64,000 nt of DNA from contig CAMLYL010000002.1 of NCBI GenBank assembly GCA_946491665.1, positions 16,253 through 80,252 of the forward strand, read 5' to 3'. The notes beneath the pieces are model-generated. The model worked only from the letters and a program-made list of their open reading frames with translations, was not told the origin of the DNA and made no database searches. Shown in pieces: positions 1-11,700 of the stretch. The translations under genes and the position numbers were made by a program. How positions within the stretch are numbered: position 1 is the stretch's first letter; each line of letters starts with the position of its first letter. The stretch is from an uncultured Lachnospiraceae bacterium (GTDB lineage: Bacteria > Bacillota > Clostridia > Lachnospirales > Lachnospiraceae).

Positions 1-1
1 C

Positions 2-496
2 GCCATTGGCGCTCTGACAACCGATAAGGCTGTTAAGCTGTTTGAGGATTTCGGCGTATTTACTGAAGCGGAGCTGAAGTCCCGTGCAGAGGTATTATAT
101 GAGAATTACGCAAAGGAGATCAATATTGAGGCGAGGGCAATGATCAATATTGCCAGCAAGTCTCTGATCCCGGCAGTGATCAAATACATTACATCTCTGG
201 CAGAGTCTGTAAATGCTGTAAAAGCGGCATGTGACTGCGATATCAGTGTACAGACGGATCTTCTGAAAGACTGTTCTGCTCTGCTTGCCCAGGCGAAGAC
301 TGCTCTTTCACAGCTTGAGAAGGTAACAGATGCCGGACTGGAAATGGAAGACGGAAAAGCACGCGCAGAATATTACAGGGATGTGGTAAAGGCTGCCATG
401 ACAGAGCTTCGTGCTCCCATCGACAAGCTGGAGATCATTGTTGATAAGAAGATGTGGCCCATGCCTTCCTATGGCGACCTGATCTATGAGGTATAG
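2..496 (+). CDS. Glutamine synthetase type III, C-terminal part (5'-truncated by window)
   Basis: Frame is open from base 2 (AIGALTTDKAVKLFEDFGVFTEAELKSR...) and ends in WPMPSYGDLIYEV, the typical GSIII C-terminus. Confidence 0.85.
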   Translation, partial: AIGALTTDKAVKLFEDFGVFTEAELKSRAEVLYENYAKEINIEARAMINIASKSLIPAVIKYITSLAESVNAVKAACDCDISVQTDLLKDCSALLAQAKTALSQLEKVTDAGLEMEDGKARAEYYRDVVKAAMTELRAPIDKLEIIVDKKMWPMPSYGDLIYEV

Positions 497-551
497 GAAG
501 TAAGCTTGCAGAAACGCAATTATCTAATCCCCTTAGTTAGTATATACATCG

Positions 552-589
552 ACAGAAAAAACCGAGGCTTATGCCCCGGTTTTTTCTGT
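552..589. terminator. Bidirectional intrinsic terminator between convergent GSIII and clpX
   Basis: acagaaaaaaccg...cggttttttctgt inverted repeat with A/T tracts on both sides. Confidence 0.75.
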
Positions 590-593
590 ATGC

Positions 594-2141
594 TTAATTG
601 TTTTTCTGCTGATCTTCCAGGCTGGCGCAGCCTCTCATCTGAATCAGCGGTCCGCCGGTTTTTTCTATGTATTCCTTTGTGATGGTTACTCTTCCGATGT
701 TGTCATCCTTGGGAATTTCATACATAATATCCAGCATAAACTCTTCTATGATAGAGCGCAGGGCGCGGGCGCCCACATTTTTCACCTTTGCCTTCCTGGC
801 AATAGCACGAAGCGCATCGTCCGTGAATTCCAGTTCTACCTCATCCATGGCAAGAAGTTTCTGGTACTGTTTGATAATAGCATTTTTCGGTTCCTTCAGA
901 ATCCGTACCAGCATGTCCTCTGTCAGTGCATCCAGAGAGAACAGAATCGGCAGACGTCCAATAAACTCGGGAATCATTCCGAATTTTCGGACATCCTCTG
1001 TGGTTACATGTTTCAGAATATTTTCTTCTCCGTCGTACTTGTCCTTTAAGTCCGCCCGAAAGCCGATGGAGGCATGTTCGTTCAGACGCTCCTTGATAAT
1101 ATCTTCCAGTCCGGGGAAAGCGCCTCCGCAGATAAAAAGAATGTTTGAGGTGTCGATGGTAGTCATGGGAACCATAGCATTTTTGTTGGTAGCTCCTACA
1201 GGAACCTCTACCTCGGAACCTTCCAGAAGACGCAGCATTCCCTGCTGTACGGATTCACCGCTGACATCCCGCTGGGTAGCGTTTTTCTTTTTGGCCAGTT
1301 TGTCAATCTCATCAATGAAAACTATGCCGTGTTCTGCTTTCTCTACGTCATTATCCGCTGCCGCAAGGAGTTTTGAGAGAACACTTTCGATGTCGTCACC
1401 AATATAGCCGGCTTCTGTCAGGGATGTGGCATCGGCAATGGCCAGAGGCACATCCAGCAGCCGCGCCAGGGTTCTGACCAGATAGGTCTTGCCGCAGCCG
1501 GTAGGTCCCACCATCAGCATGTTGGACTTTTCGATCTCCACGCCGTCATCCAGATAGGGGATGGAACTGTTGTTTTCCTTCCGGGCGGCCAGGGATGCCA
1601 CTCGTTTGTAGTGATTGTAAACGCCTACTGACATTACCTTTTTGGCGTGCTCCTGACCTACCACATATTCATCCAGACTGGCCTTGATCTTGTGTGGCGC
1701 GGGAATTTTTTTAATATCTAAAATCGGCTCGGTCTGCTTTTTTTCTTTTTTCTTTTTCTGCTTTACCTTCTGCTGGTTTCCCAGCAGACCCTGCAGATCA
1801 GACATGTTCACAAAGCTGATATTCGGGCCCTTTCCCGGGGGAGTGGAAAACAAATCGCCGATGTTGATCCCATCCATGCCGGACATTCCGGGGAAACCGC
1901 CCATCTGTCCCATACCGTCAAAAATTTTCTGCATACAGTCCTGGCAGACATTCATATGATTGGGAATATGAATCAGACGACCGCATTTGCTGGCCGGCCG
2001 GCGGCACATGGAGCAGTATTCTTCAAAACTGTCTCCCTCATCCTTATGGTCAGAAACTGTTTCCGTGCCTGTGTCCGAGGGGGACGCTGTCAGATCTGTA
2101 CCGTCTGTATCTACTTCTCTGAAATCGTTCTTATCTGTCAT
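594..2141 (-). CDS. clpX: ATP-dependent Clp protease ATP-binding subunit ClpX (not linked to tig/clpP/lon here)
   Basis: C4 zinc finger CSMC...CQDC, EKSNMLMVGPTGCGKT Walker A, VFIDEIDK Walker B, RDVSGESVQQ, IGF loop, GARALRSI. Confidence 0.93.
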   Translation of the reverse strand: MTDKNDFREVDTDGTDLTASPSDTGTETVSDHKDEGDSFEEYCSMCRRPASKCGRLIHIPNHMNVCQDCMQKIFDGMGQMGGFPGMSGMDGINIGDLFSTPPGKGPNISFVNMSDLQGLLGNQQKVKQKKKKEKKQTEPILDIKKIPAPHKIKASLDEYVVGQEHAKKVMSVGVYNHYKRVASLAARKENNSSIPYLDDGVEIEKSNMLMVGPTGCGKTYLVRTLARLLDVPLAIADATSLTEAGYIGDDIESVLSKLLAAADNDVEKAEHGIVFIDEIDKLAKKKNATQRDVSGESVQQGMLRLLEGSEVEVPVGATNKNAMVPMTTIDTSNILFICGGAFPGLEDIIKERLNEHASIGFRADLKDKYDGEENILKHVTTEDVRKFGMIPEFIGRLPILFSLDALTEDMLVRILKEPKNAIIKQYQKLLAMDEVELEFTDDALRAIARKAKVKNVGARALRSIIEEFMLDIMYEIPKDDNIGRVTITKEYIEKTGGPLIQMRGCASLEDQQKNN

Positions 2142-2323
2142 AAAAATTTTCTGTTTCCTTTCCTTATCTGACGCTATTCTATCACAGTTCCTTCTTATTA
2201 TCTATGAATAAAATATAAAATTTCAGGGAAAACGATTCTTTGCCAGACATGTTAATAAAATGTATGTTTTGGAATCCCGGTATCATATGATATCAGTGAG
2301 ATTATTTTCTGGATGGATGTGGA

Positions 2324-4027
2324 ATGAAAATACAGCAGGCAGATGATTGCCGGGAGGCAGTTTATTCGAACGACTACTATGATCTGATTTTGGATTATGT
2401 CAGCGGTTATCCGCGGGGGGAAACGGAATGTTATCAGCGGGTGTCGGATCAGTATGATATTGCCTATTTTGCAAGAGAGGGAATTCCGGCGCTGAATCTG
2501 CAGGATTATCCCTATCAGACGATTCCGAAATGTTTTGGGCTGACGGATCTTTCCGCTCTGGAGTCCAGCGGGATTCTCCGGCTGCAGAATCCTGCCGGAC
2601 TGGATCTGATGGGACAGGGAATTCTGGTAGGGTTTGTGGATACCGGGATTGATTATACGCACCCTGCTTTTCAGAATCTGGATGGAAGTACGCGGATTGT
2701 GGGGATCTGGGATCAGACCATCGAGGACGGAACTCCGCCGGAGGGGTTTTATTATGGTCAGTTCTTTGACCGGGCAATGATAAATCAGGCTCTCCGGTCA
2801 GAGCAGCCTTTAGAGATAGTACCGAGCCGGGATGAAATCGGGCATGGAACCTTTCTGGCCGGAACAGCCTGTGGAACGGCTGATCTGTCGCAGGATTTTT
2901 CCGGAGCAGTTCCGCAGGCCGCCATTGCCATGGTGAAATGCAAACAGGCGAAGCCCTATCTGCGGGAATATTATTTTATTCCGGATGATGTTCCCTGTTA
3001 TCAGGAAAATGATCTGATGCTGGGAATGTCCTGGCTGATGAATCTGGCAGATCAGCTTCAGATGCCGCTGATTTTGTGTGTGGGGATGGGAAGCAGTATG
3101 GGGAATCATGCCGGGGAAGAGCCGGTTTCCATGCTGACTGACAATTTTGGCCGTCGGGGGCAGCGGGCTGTAGTGGTTTCCGCCGGAAACGAGGCAGGCG
3201 CCAGACATCACTACAGTAAGCGCGGTCTGGAGGAAGGAATGACAGATCGGATTGAGATTTCTGTAGGAGAAAATGTGCCGGGATGCTATATGGAATTCTG
3301 GGCTTCTATTCCGGAAATTTACCGGCTGTCTGTTGTTTCGCCCAGCGGAGAGCGTTTTTCAGGGGGAGGAGGGACGGCGGGAAGCGTAAGTCATAATTTT
3401 ATTTTTGAACGTACCAGACTGACTATAGATTATACGACCGGAGGAGCCAGGCTGGGGGGACAGCTGATCTATCTCCGTTTTTCAGCTCCTTATCCCGGTG
3501 TATGGAGTATTGAAGTTATTCCGGAACTGATTCTGGAAGGCTCATTTCACTGCTGGCTTCCGCTTTCCGGTCTTATGAAAGGAGATGTCTATTTTCTTCG
3601 CTCTGATCCGGATACAACGATTCTGGTTCCGGGGTTTTCTTCTGTGGCTGTGACGGTTGGCGGCTATCAGACGGCCAGCGGGGGAATTGATGCCCGATCA
3701 GGTCGGGGATTCAGCACTTTGGGGATGATCACACCGGATGTGGTGGCGCCGGGAGTGAATGTATATGGTACAGAGCCTGGCGGGCGTTATGGCGTCAGAA
3801 CAGGAACCAGTGTGGCGGCAGCTGTGACAGCAGGCGGGTGTGCACAGATTTTTCAATGGGGAATTGAGCAAAACAATCTGAGATATTTGAATTCCAGAGA
3901 CTTATCCCATCTGCTGATTCGGGGAGCAATCCGCGATACAGACCGGATTTATCCGAATACATCTTTCGGATACGGAAAACTGGATGTGTATAATGCATTG
4001 AATACACTGCGATTGGAATACAGGTAA
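2324..4027 (+). CDS. S8 subtilisin-like protease, CspA/CspB spore-germination type
   Basis: Catalytic triad motifs FVDTGID, GHGTFLAG, GTSVAAA intact; IWDQT motif, jelly-roll insertion and YPNxxxGYG C-terminus typical of clostridial Csp proteases. Confidence 0.85.
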   Translation: MKIQQADDCREAVYSNDYYDLILDYVSGYPRGETECYQRVSDQYDIAYFAREGIPALNLQDYPYQTIPKCFGLTDLSALESSGILRLQNPAGLDLMGQGILVGFVDTGIDYTHPAFQNLDGSTRIVGIWDQTIEDGTPPEGFYYGQFFDRAMINQALRSEQPLEIVPSRDEIGHGTFLAGTACGTADLSQDFSGAVPQAAIAMVKCKQAKPYLREYYFIPDDVPCYQENDLMLGMSWLMNLADQLQMPLILCVGMGSSMGNHAGEEPVSMLTDNFGRRGQRAVVVSAGNEAGARHHYSKRGLEEGMTDRIEISVGENVPGCYMEFWASIPEIYRLSVVSPSGERFSGGGGTAGSVSHNFIFERTRLTIDYTTGGARLGGQLIYLRFSAPYPGVWSIEVIPELILEGSFHCWLPLSGLMKGDVYFLRSDPDTTILVPGFSSVAVTVGGYQTASGGIDARSGRGFSTLGMITPDVVAPGVNVYGTEPGGRYGVRTGTSVAAAVTAGGCAQIFQWGIEQNNLRYLNSRDLSHLLIRGAIRDTDRIYPNTSFGYGKLDVYNALNTLRLEYR

Positions 4028-4035
4028 CATGAAGA

Positions 4036-4067
4036 AAAAAAGACAGCGGATTAATCGCTGTCTTTTT
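4036..4067 (+). terminator. Intrinsic terminator after csp gene
   Basis: aaaaagacagcg-loop-cgctgtcttttt hairpin. Confidence 0.75.
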
Positions 4068-4303
4068 CAAGGAGAAGGTATTTTTTACTATGGGGGTAGC
4101 AAAAAAATTATAATGTATTGGGGGTTTACGTATATTATAATATCAGATTTTGAAAATAAGTGTTCACAATCATACAAAAATATAAAAGAATTTTTTGTAT
4201 ATTTTGTCAGATACCGAAGAGTAATCATACCAAAATGGTTGGTATTATAGCTGATAATATGATAAAATACAGGATAAGAAAGCAAAACGGGGAGGAACCG
4301 GAA

Positions 4304-5545
4304 ATGGATGAGAAGTTCTTTCTGGATAAAATGGCGGATCTGATGGGCGTTTGTGTCTGTCAGTATGATTGCAGGACGAAAGAAAAACAAAGTTTCGGGA
4401 AAGAGGGGGGAATACAGAGACTGCCGTTTCAGGATGCAGAGATTCTGGAAGAAAATCTTCAGCTTGGGGAAGTGGAATTTCCGATGATACGGATGAGCCG
4501 GTCAAACAGAGAAATTCTTTTTGTGCAGATCCGGGATCCGAAGGAGAAGAATGCCTGGTATCTGATTGGTCCGGTGGCTGCGGGAATGAGCAGGAAAGAG
4601 TATTTGGCGTATGTGAAAGGGGAGAAGGGTGAGAGACTCAAGAAATCAGGTTTTTCGCTCCGAAACTGCAGAATTGATGATCTGGTGTCCGGTGTGCTGC
4701 TTCTGTACTGGTATCTTACGGGAAATGTGATGGATACAGAGGAATTCTGGAGCCGGAATGAAAAGAATTTCTGTGAGAGTCACAGAGTCTGGGAGCGGGT
4801 GGAAAAGGACATTTTTGACCGGCAGGAGCAGTACGGTCCGCACAATCCTTATGAGCAGGAACTCCGGGAACTGGAAAGTATCCGGACCGGTGATGTGGAG
4901 GCTCTGAATTTCAGTATTGCGGAAACTTACGAAGGGCAGATCGGTACTCTGGCCAAAGATCCCCTGCGTCATCATAAGAATATTGCAGTGGGAAATATTA
5001 CGCTGGCTTCCAGGAGCGCTATCCGGGGAGGCATCAGTAAGGAGTGGTCTTTTTCCATGGCGGACAGCTTTATTCAGCAGATTGAGGAACTGGACAGTGT
5101 TCCGGCGGTGATTGCTCTGAAACGGGAGGCGCAGCGGGCGTTTGCTTTGGCTGTGCATCAGGAACAGGATTCAGAAAGTCAGGAGGAACTCCAGAATCCG
5201 TTGATTGCAGGCGTGAAAGATTATATTTTTTCTCATCTGCATGATTCCATCCGCATTGCGGATATCGCGAAACACCTGAATGTAAATGCGGATTACCTCT
5301 CTCATCTTTTCAAAACCAGTGAGAATATCACAATCAAACAGTATATTCAGAAGGAAAAAATAAGGCGAGGCAAAAATCTTCTCCGGTATTCGGATGCCAG
5401 TATACATGAAATCGCTTTTTATCTGGGGTTCAGTTCCCAGAGTCATTTTACGAATGTTTTTCAGAAAACGACCGGAGAAACGCCGAATTATTATCGGAAA
5501 CAGTTTCTGGACCGGAGGAGCTGGAAGATATGGGATAATGAATAA
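4304..5545 (+). CDS. AraC-family transcriptional regulator with N-terminal sensor domain
   Basis: C-terminal double HTH (YLSHLFK...IAFYLGFSSQSHFTNVFQKTTGETP); start moved to ATG 4304 behind GGAGG RBS at 4291. Confidence 0.88.
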   Translation: MDEKFFLDKMADLMGVCVCQYDCRTKEKQSFGKEGGIQRLPFQDAEILEENLQLGEVEFPMIRMSRSNREILFVQIRDPKEKNAWYLIGPVAAGMSRKEYLAYVKGEKGERLKKSGFSLRNCRIDDLVSGVLLLYWYLTGNVMDTEEFWSRNEKNFCESHRVWERVEKDIFDRQEQYGPHNPYEQELRELESIRTGDVEALNFSIAETYEGQIGTLAKDPLRHHKNIAVGNITLASRSAIRGGISKEWSFSMADSFIQQIEELDSVPAVIALKREAQRAFALAVHQEQDSESQEELQNPLIAGVKDYIFSHLHDSIRIADIAKHLNVNADYLSHLFKTSENITIKQYIQKEKIRRGKNLLRYSDASIHEIAFYLGFSSQSHFTNVFQKTTGETPNYYRKQFLDRRSWKIWDNE

Positions 5546-5729
5546 CATAATAATTTGATATCAGAGCATGAGATATAGAATATCTCGATTTATAAGAAAA
5601 CTGACAGATATCTAAGATATTTAATATACCTTGGGTGTCTGTTTTTTTATAATTATCTTTGCAATAGTCTGTTTTTGGGAAGCGTGCTCCCGAAAGCGGA
5701 CATTAGAAAAAGGAAAAGGAGGAAAGGGT

Positions 5730-8700
5730 GTGGAAAAGATGAAAAGAAAGCCGTGGCAGATCGGGAAACTGGTTCTGACAGGCGTGCTTTCAGCAGCTAT
5801 GGTGATTCAGCCTGTGACCGTGCTGGCGGCGGATTCTGGAAATTCCCAGGAATTTGTGAACCGAACGATTCGTTTAAAACCTGCCGAGGCATCAACGTTT
5901 CATGATACAAACGGCGATGGCCTGGGTGAGTTTGAAGGCTGGGGAACCTCTCTTTGCTGGTGGGCGAACCGGATCGGGTACAGTGAAAAGCTGACATCTG
6001 AGGCTGCGAGACTGTTCTTCAGTGATGAGGGACTGGACATGAACATCGGCCGTTACAATGTGGGCGGCGGCGATGCCATCGGTGAGGTTCAGGAAGTGCC
6101 GGTGAACGAGAATGCACAGATTTATGATCTGACAGACTGGGGGACAAATCCTACAGGCGCAGGGTCCAGCATGAGTGTGGATACCTACACCAAAATGCAG
6201 AATATTACTTATTCTGTGTCTGACGCCGACTTCGGACTGACAAAAGGAGATCCGGTGGGAAGTTTCCAGAAGATCGGGTGGATCAACAAGCTGGATGACG
6301 AGGCTGGATCCGGAGACAATCTGCGCTACACAGTAGAAGTGGATGAAGCAGGAACCTACACTGTGAAACTGATGATGACTCTGGAGGGGACCAACACAAG
6401 AGATGTGGCGATCCGCGTGAACGAGGGAGAAAATCAGACTGATTATGTCGTTGATACGGATACTGTAAACAGCAGTATTGTGGCGGAGGGAAACAGCGGC
6501 GGCTCCAACTGTATGCTGTTTATCGTCACGATCCCCAATGTGGAGCTGCAGGCAGGCGAGAATACGATCAATATTGCAGGAAAGAACGACTGGACTCTTG
6601 ATTTTGTGAAGATGGCCATTATCAGGTCCGGCGAGGAAGGCGTGCTTCCGGCAGAGGATGAGTTTACTCATGCCGAGCATATCATTCGTTCCGATTCAGG
6701 AGTGCCCGGATATGCCACAGATGTGACAAAGATTGATACGAACCAGCATCCGATTGAGTGGTATGAGGAGAATTTTGCGAGAGCGGATGAAGAGTGCGGC
6801 TATGCATGGAACTATGACTGGGATGCGGATGCAAATCAGATGAATATTCTGAAAGCCGCGGCAGCTGCAAGCGGTGAAGATTTCATTGCCGAGGCATTTT
6901 CCAATTCACCGCCGTACTTTATGACAGTCAGCGGATGCAGCTCGGGAAATACAAATTCAAATGTGGATAACCTGAGAGAAGATTCTGTGAATGCGTTTGC
7001 AGCCTACATGGCGGATGTCATTGAGCACTGGAATAACGAAGGTGTGATTACTTTCCAGAGCACGACGCCGATGAATGAGCCGAACACCAATTACTGGGGC
7101 GCATACAGCAACAAGCAGGAAGGCTGTCACTTCGATCCCGGCGAATCGCAGTCAAGAATCATTGAGGCACTGAATGCGGAACTGGAAGCAAAGGGAATCG
7201 AAATTGTCATCTCGGGAACAGATGAGACAAGTATTGATACACAGATTGATTCCTATAATCAGCTTTCTGACGAGGCAAAGCAGATTGTGGATCGTATTGA
7301 TACGCATTCTTACAGCGGATCTGATCGTGAAGGCTTAAAGAATCTGGCAGCAGGCGAAGGCAAGAATCTCTGGATGTCAGAGGTTGACGGCGCTTATACT
7401 GCCGGTACGGATGCCGGTGAGATGACAGCTGCTCTGGGACTGGCACAGCGGATGATGACGGATGTCAACGGGCTGGAAGCTTCCGCATGGATTCTCTGGA
7501 ACGCTATCGACATGCACGCAGATAGCAGTGAATACGGACAGTCCTGGGTGAATAAGGGAAGCGCCAATGATTATCTGACGATGGAGGATCTGGAGAACGC
7601 ATGGCAGTCCAGAAGCTCTAACGGCTACTGGGGACTGGCGGCGGCCGATCATGATAATGAAGAAATTGTGCTCAGCATGAAGTATTATGCGTACGGTCAG
7701 TTCTCAAGATATATCCGTCCCGGATATACCATTATCGGCACCAGCAGCGAGGGCAATACACTTGCGGCTTATGATCCGGAAGGCAAGAAGGCAGTGGTCG
7801 TTGCCATGAATACCTCCGGCACAGACAGAACATGGAAGTTTGATCTGTCCGGTTTTGAAAGCATGGGCACAGAGATCACCGCGATCCGTACCAGCGGAGA
7901 CCTGGATACCGGCGAGAAATGGGCGGACGTAACAGCTGACGCCAATATTACCGCTGATACAGAGACAAACAGTTTCACATCAACTGTAAAGGCAAACTCC
8001 ATTACAACTTATATTATTGAGGGTGTGGATGAAATCCTTCCGGCAACGGATGAGAATACTCCGGTTGTCAGCAAGATTGATGTAGACGCCAGCCAGGTGA
8101 CCGGCGGAAAAGTATGGAATAACGGTACTGCCAATACTCCTCAGACTGTTGTTGACGGAAATTACGGTACATTCTATGACGGCGTGGATGCGGATGACGG
8201 AACCCCCGGTTATGTGACAATTGATCTGGGTGAGGAAAAAGAGATTGCGGCCATCAGTTACGCTCCCAGAAACGGTTTCGCAGACCGTATGCTGGATGCG
8301 GTAATTTATGGTTCCAGCGACGGAGCTTCCTGGGAACCGATTTATACGGTGGGAAGCGCGCCGAGTACAGGAACAGATACCATGGTCTATTATATGGATT
8401 TTAACGGAGGAAAGACGGTGACTTACCGCTATGTCAAGATTCAGCGGGAAAGTGAATGCAACCTCTCTGAGTTTGGCGTATGGGAACTGGCTCCTTCTAT
8501 TGAGAGCCAGGAGACGGTGACAGCCACCACTTTCAACGGATCCGTTCCGGTCCTCCCGAATACTGTGGAGGCAACACTTTCCGATGGTGAGACAAAAGAG
8601 ATTGCGGTAACATGGAATCTCAGCGAGGTAGAGGTAAACTGGGATGAGATGGAACTGTATGATTATGTTGCCGTAACAGGAACATCCAGCGAGGCCAACG

Positions 8701-11700
8701 GTACGCTGGAAGGTTATATTCTCTGCGCTCCGGATGGGCTGGAGTATCTGATTGACTGTATGTCAGGCAATACGCCGGTGCCCAGAGACAACAATTATGT
8801 ATCCGGGGTGTGGACGGCAGCGCAGGGACTGGACAGTCTGCTGAATAAGGATTCTTCTGATCAGGCGAAGACAGCGGACAATACCTGGGGACTGACAACA
8901 GATCCTTCAGGGCTGAATACCTGGGCTTATGATCAGGGAAGCACGACGCCTTTTTACTCCTATGGCTACTGGGCTGGTTCGGATGTATCGATCACATACG
9001 ATCTGACGCTTCCGGCAGGCAGCCACAGGATTATGCTGGGAGGCTATGATTTCTGGAGCGGCCGTACCATGGATGTGTATTACTCTGTAGACGGCGGCGA
9101 GAAAGAACTTCTTTGTACGCTGACAACCAACCACGATACGGGAAGTTCCGCAGAAGGTACGATCACACTGGAAGAGGATGCAGTAGTTACTGTTTCTGTG
9201 GAAAATGGCGGAGACGGCGATCCGGTGCTTGGCTGGATTTCAGTCAATGCAGTGGAAGAGCCAGATCCCACGGAAGAGTACCTTGCAGCTCATTATGATA
9301 TGTCCCATGAAGGCAGTGTGCTGAAGGATATCTCCGGAAATGGAAACGATGCGACTCTGTATAATACAGAAGACGCAGACTTTGCTGCATACGGCGAGGA
9401 AGAAGTTCTTCAGTTCAATAACGAGCAGTATGCGACGATTCCTTCCGGCGTGATCGACGACGCAGCGTCCTTTACGGTACAGGCGGTAGTCAGCGCGCCG
9501 ACGACCGGTGACAACTGGCTCTGGTGCTTCGGCGACGGAATCGGAGAATGGGGCGCCGGCAATATCGGAGATTATATCTTTGTCAGCCCCAATTCCGGAC
9601 AGGGAAGCTATAACGGAACCGTGCTGGCAGCAGTGAAAGTCGGCAGTGAATCGGCAGGCGGAGAGTCCAGGATGCCGGTACCGAGCGGGCAGCTGGGCGG
9701 CGGATATACGACGATCACCCTGGTGTCTGATGGAACGACACTTACCATGTACATGGACGGCGTGGAAGTATCTATACTGGATCACGGCAAGGATGTGTCC
9801 AGCGTGATCCCGGACGGCGATATCCTCGGCTATATCGGACAGTCGCTGTACAGCCCGGATAATAAGCTGATCGCCAACGTATCTGATATCAGGATCTGGA
9901 ATGCGGCTCTGGATGCGGAGACAGTTGCGATGGCAGCACCGGCCACAGCGGATAAGACAGATATGCTTCTGGCAGATATCCAGGATACGCTTCTGAACGG
10001 AAATGCTTCTCTGGATGAGATCAAGGGCGATGTGGCATTCCCGGAAAGCGTGGACGGCGTTGATCTGACCTGGAATGTACCGGAGAACGGATCGATTGCC
10101 GAAGACGGAACGGTGACCGCTCCTGAAAACGGCGATGAGGCAGTGGAAGTGACGGTTTCCTATACCTGCTATGGCGAGGAAAATACAGTTACATTCACAC
10201 TGAATGTCGTGGGAGAAAATATCGATGAGATTCTTGACACGGCAGCAGAGGAGCTTGATATTCCCAATAAGGACGACGTAAGAGGCAATATCACACTTCC
10301 GGTAACAACGGACAGCGGAGTCGATATTACATGGGAAACCAGCCATCCGGAAATTGTTGATGTGGAATCCCACGAAGTAGAAGGGTATGACGCAATGCCG
10401 GCAGGCGTTGTGACAAGGCCGGCGAAAGATACGGAAGTTACAATGACTGCAACGCTTACTTATAAAGACAGTACAAGAAAGAAAGCGTTTACTCTGAATG
10501 TGAAGGCGGCGCCTGAGAAAATTTCAGAAGAGGACTATACAGACTACTTCTTCGCATATTTTGCAGGTGAAGGATATTCCGACGGCGAACAGATTTATTT
10601 CGCTTCAAGCCAGGACGGCCTGAACTGGGATGATCTGAACAACAATGAACCGGTGCTTACTTCCACACTGGGAGAAGAGGGTGTGAGAGATCCTTTCATT
10701 ATCCGTTCTCCGGAGGGAGACAAGTTCTATCTGATTGCCACAGATCTGAAGATTTACGGAAATGGTGACTGGAACGCTGCGCAGAACAGCGGCAGCCAGA
10801 GTCTGATGGTATGGGAGTCCACAGATCTGGTGAACTGGTCCGATCAGCGAATGGTGGAGGTATCCGCGGACATCGGAGCAGGCTGCACCTGGGCGCCGGA
10901 GGCAACTTACGATCCGCTGACCGGAGAGTATATTGTATACTGGGCATCAAGAACACCGTCTGTAGATAATAAGCAGCGTGTATATTATGCAAAGACAAGA
11001 GACTTTTATACATTTACAGAGCCACAGCTGTATATCGAGAAAGATCAGTCCAGTATCGATACAACAATGATCGAGAACGACGGAACATATTATCGTTATA
11101 CAAAGAATGAAGGCGATGCAACAAATGAACTCGGAGCTCTGACAAAGACTATTTTCATTGAAAAGAGCAACAGTGTTCTGGGTGAGTTTACACAGATTCC
11201 GTCTTCTTCACTGAATTCTTCTGATAATCAGTGGGTAGAGGGACCGACAATTTTCAAGCTTAACAGTGATGATGCAGCGAAGGATACCTGGTGTCTGCTT
11301 GTTGATGATTTCGGAGGCATCGGATATTATCCGCTTCTTACAACAGATCTTGAGAGCGGAGAATTCACTGCTCCGGAAGAGGGAACCTTCAAGATGCCGA
11401 GCCGGGCGAGACACGGCACACCGCTGCGGATCACTTCGGAAGAGTACGAAGCAGTGATGGCGGCATACGGCACACCGGAAGAGACAAATACGTATTCAGT
11501 GGCAGGTCAGACGCCTGAACTTCCGGAGACAGTAACTGTCGGAAGAGAGGAAGTGGCGGTGACATGGAATCTGGACGGCGTATCTTACGATGTGCTTCCT
11601 TTCCAGACTGTGACCGTAAAAGGAACGACAGAGACCGGAGCTGAGGCTCTTGCGAACGTACAGGTACTTCCGGCTGATCTGGAATACATGATCGACTGTA

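Noticed and set aside
5631-5729. N-terminal extensions in the ORF track (also 4160, 25139, 29010, 40386, 42705, 48013, 60708)
   Set aside because: Downstream starts have clear RBSs and restore signal peptides or domain boundaries
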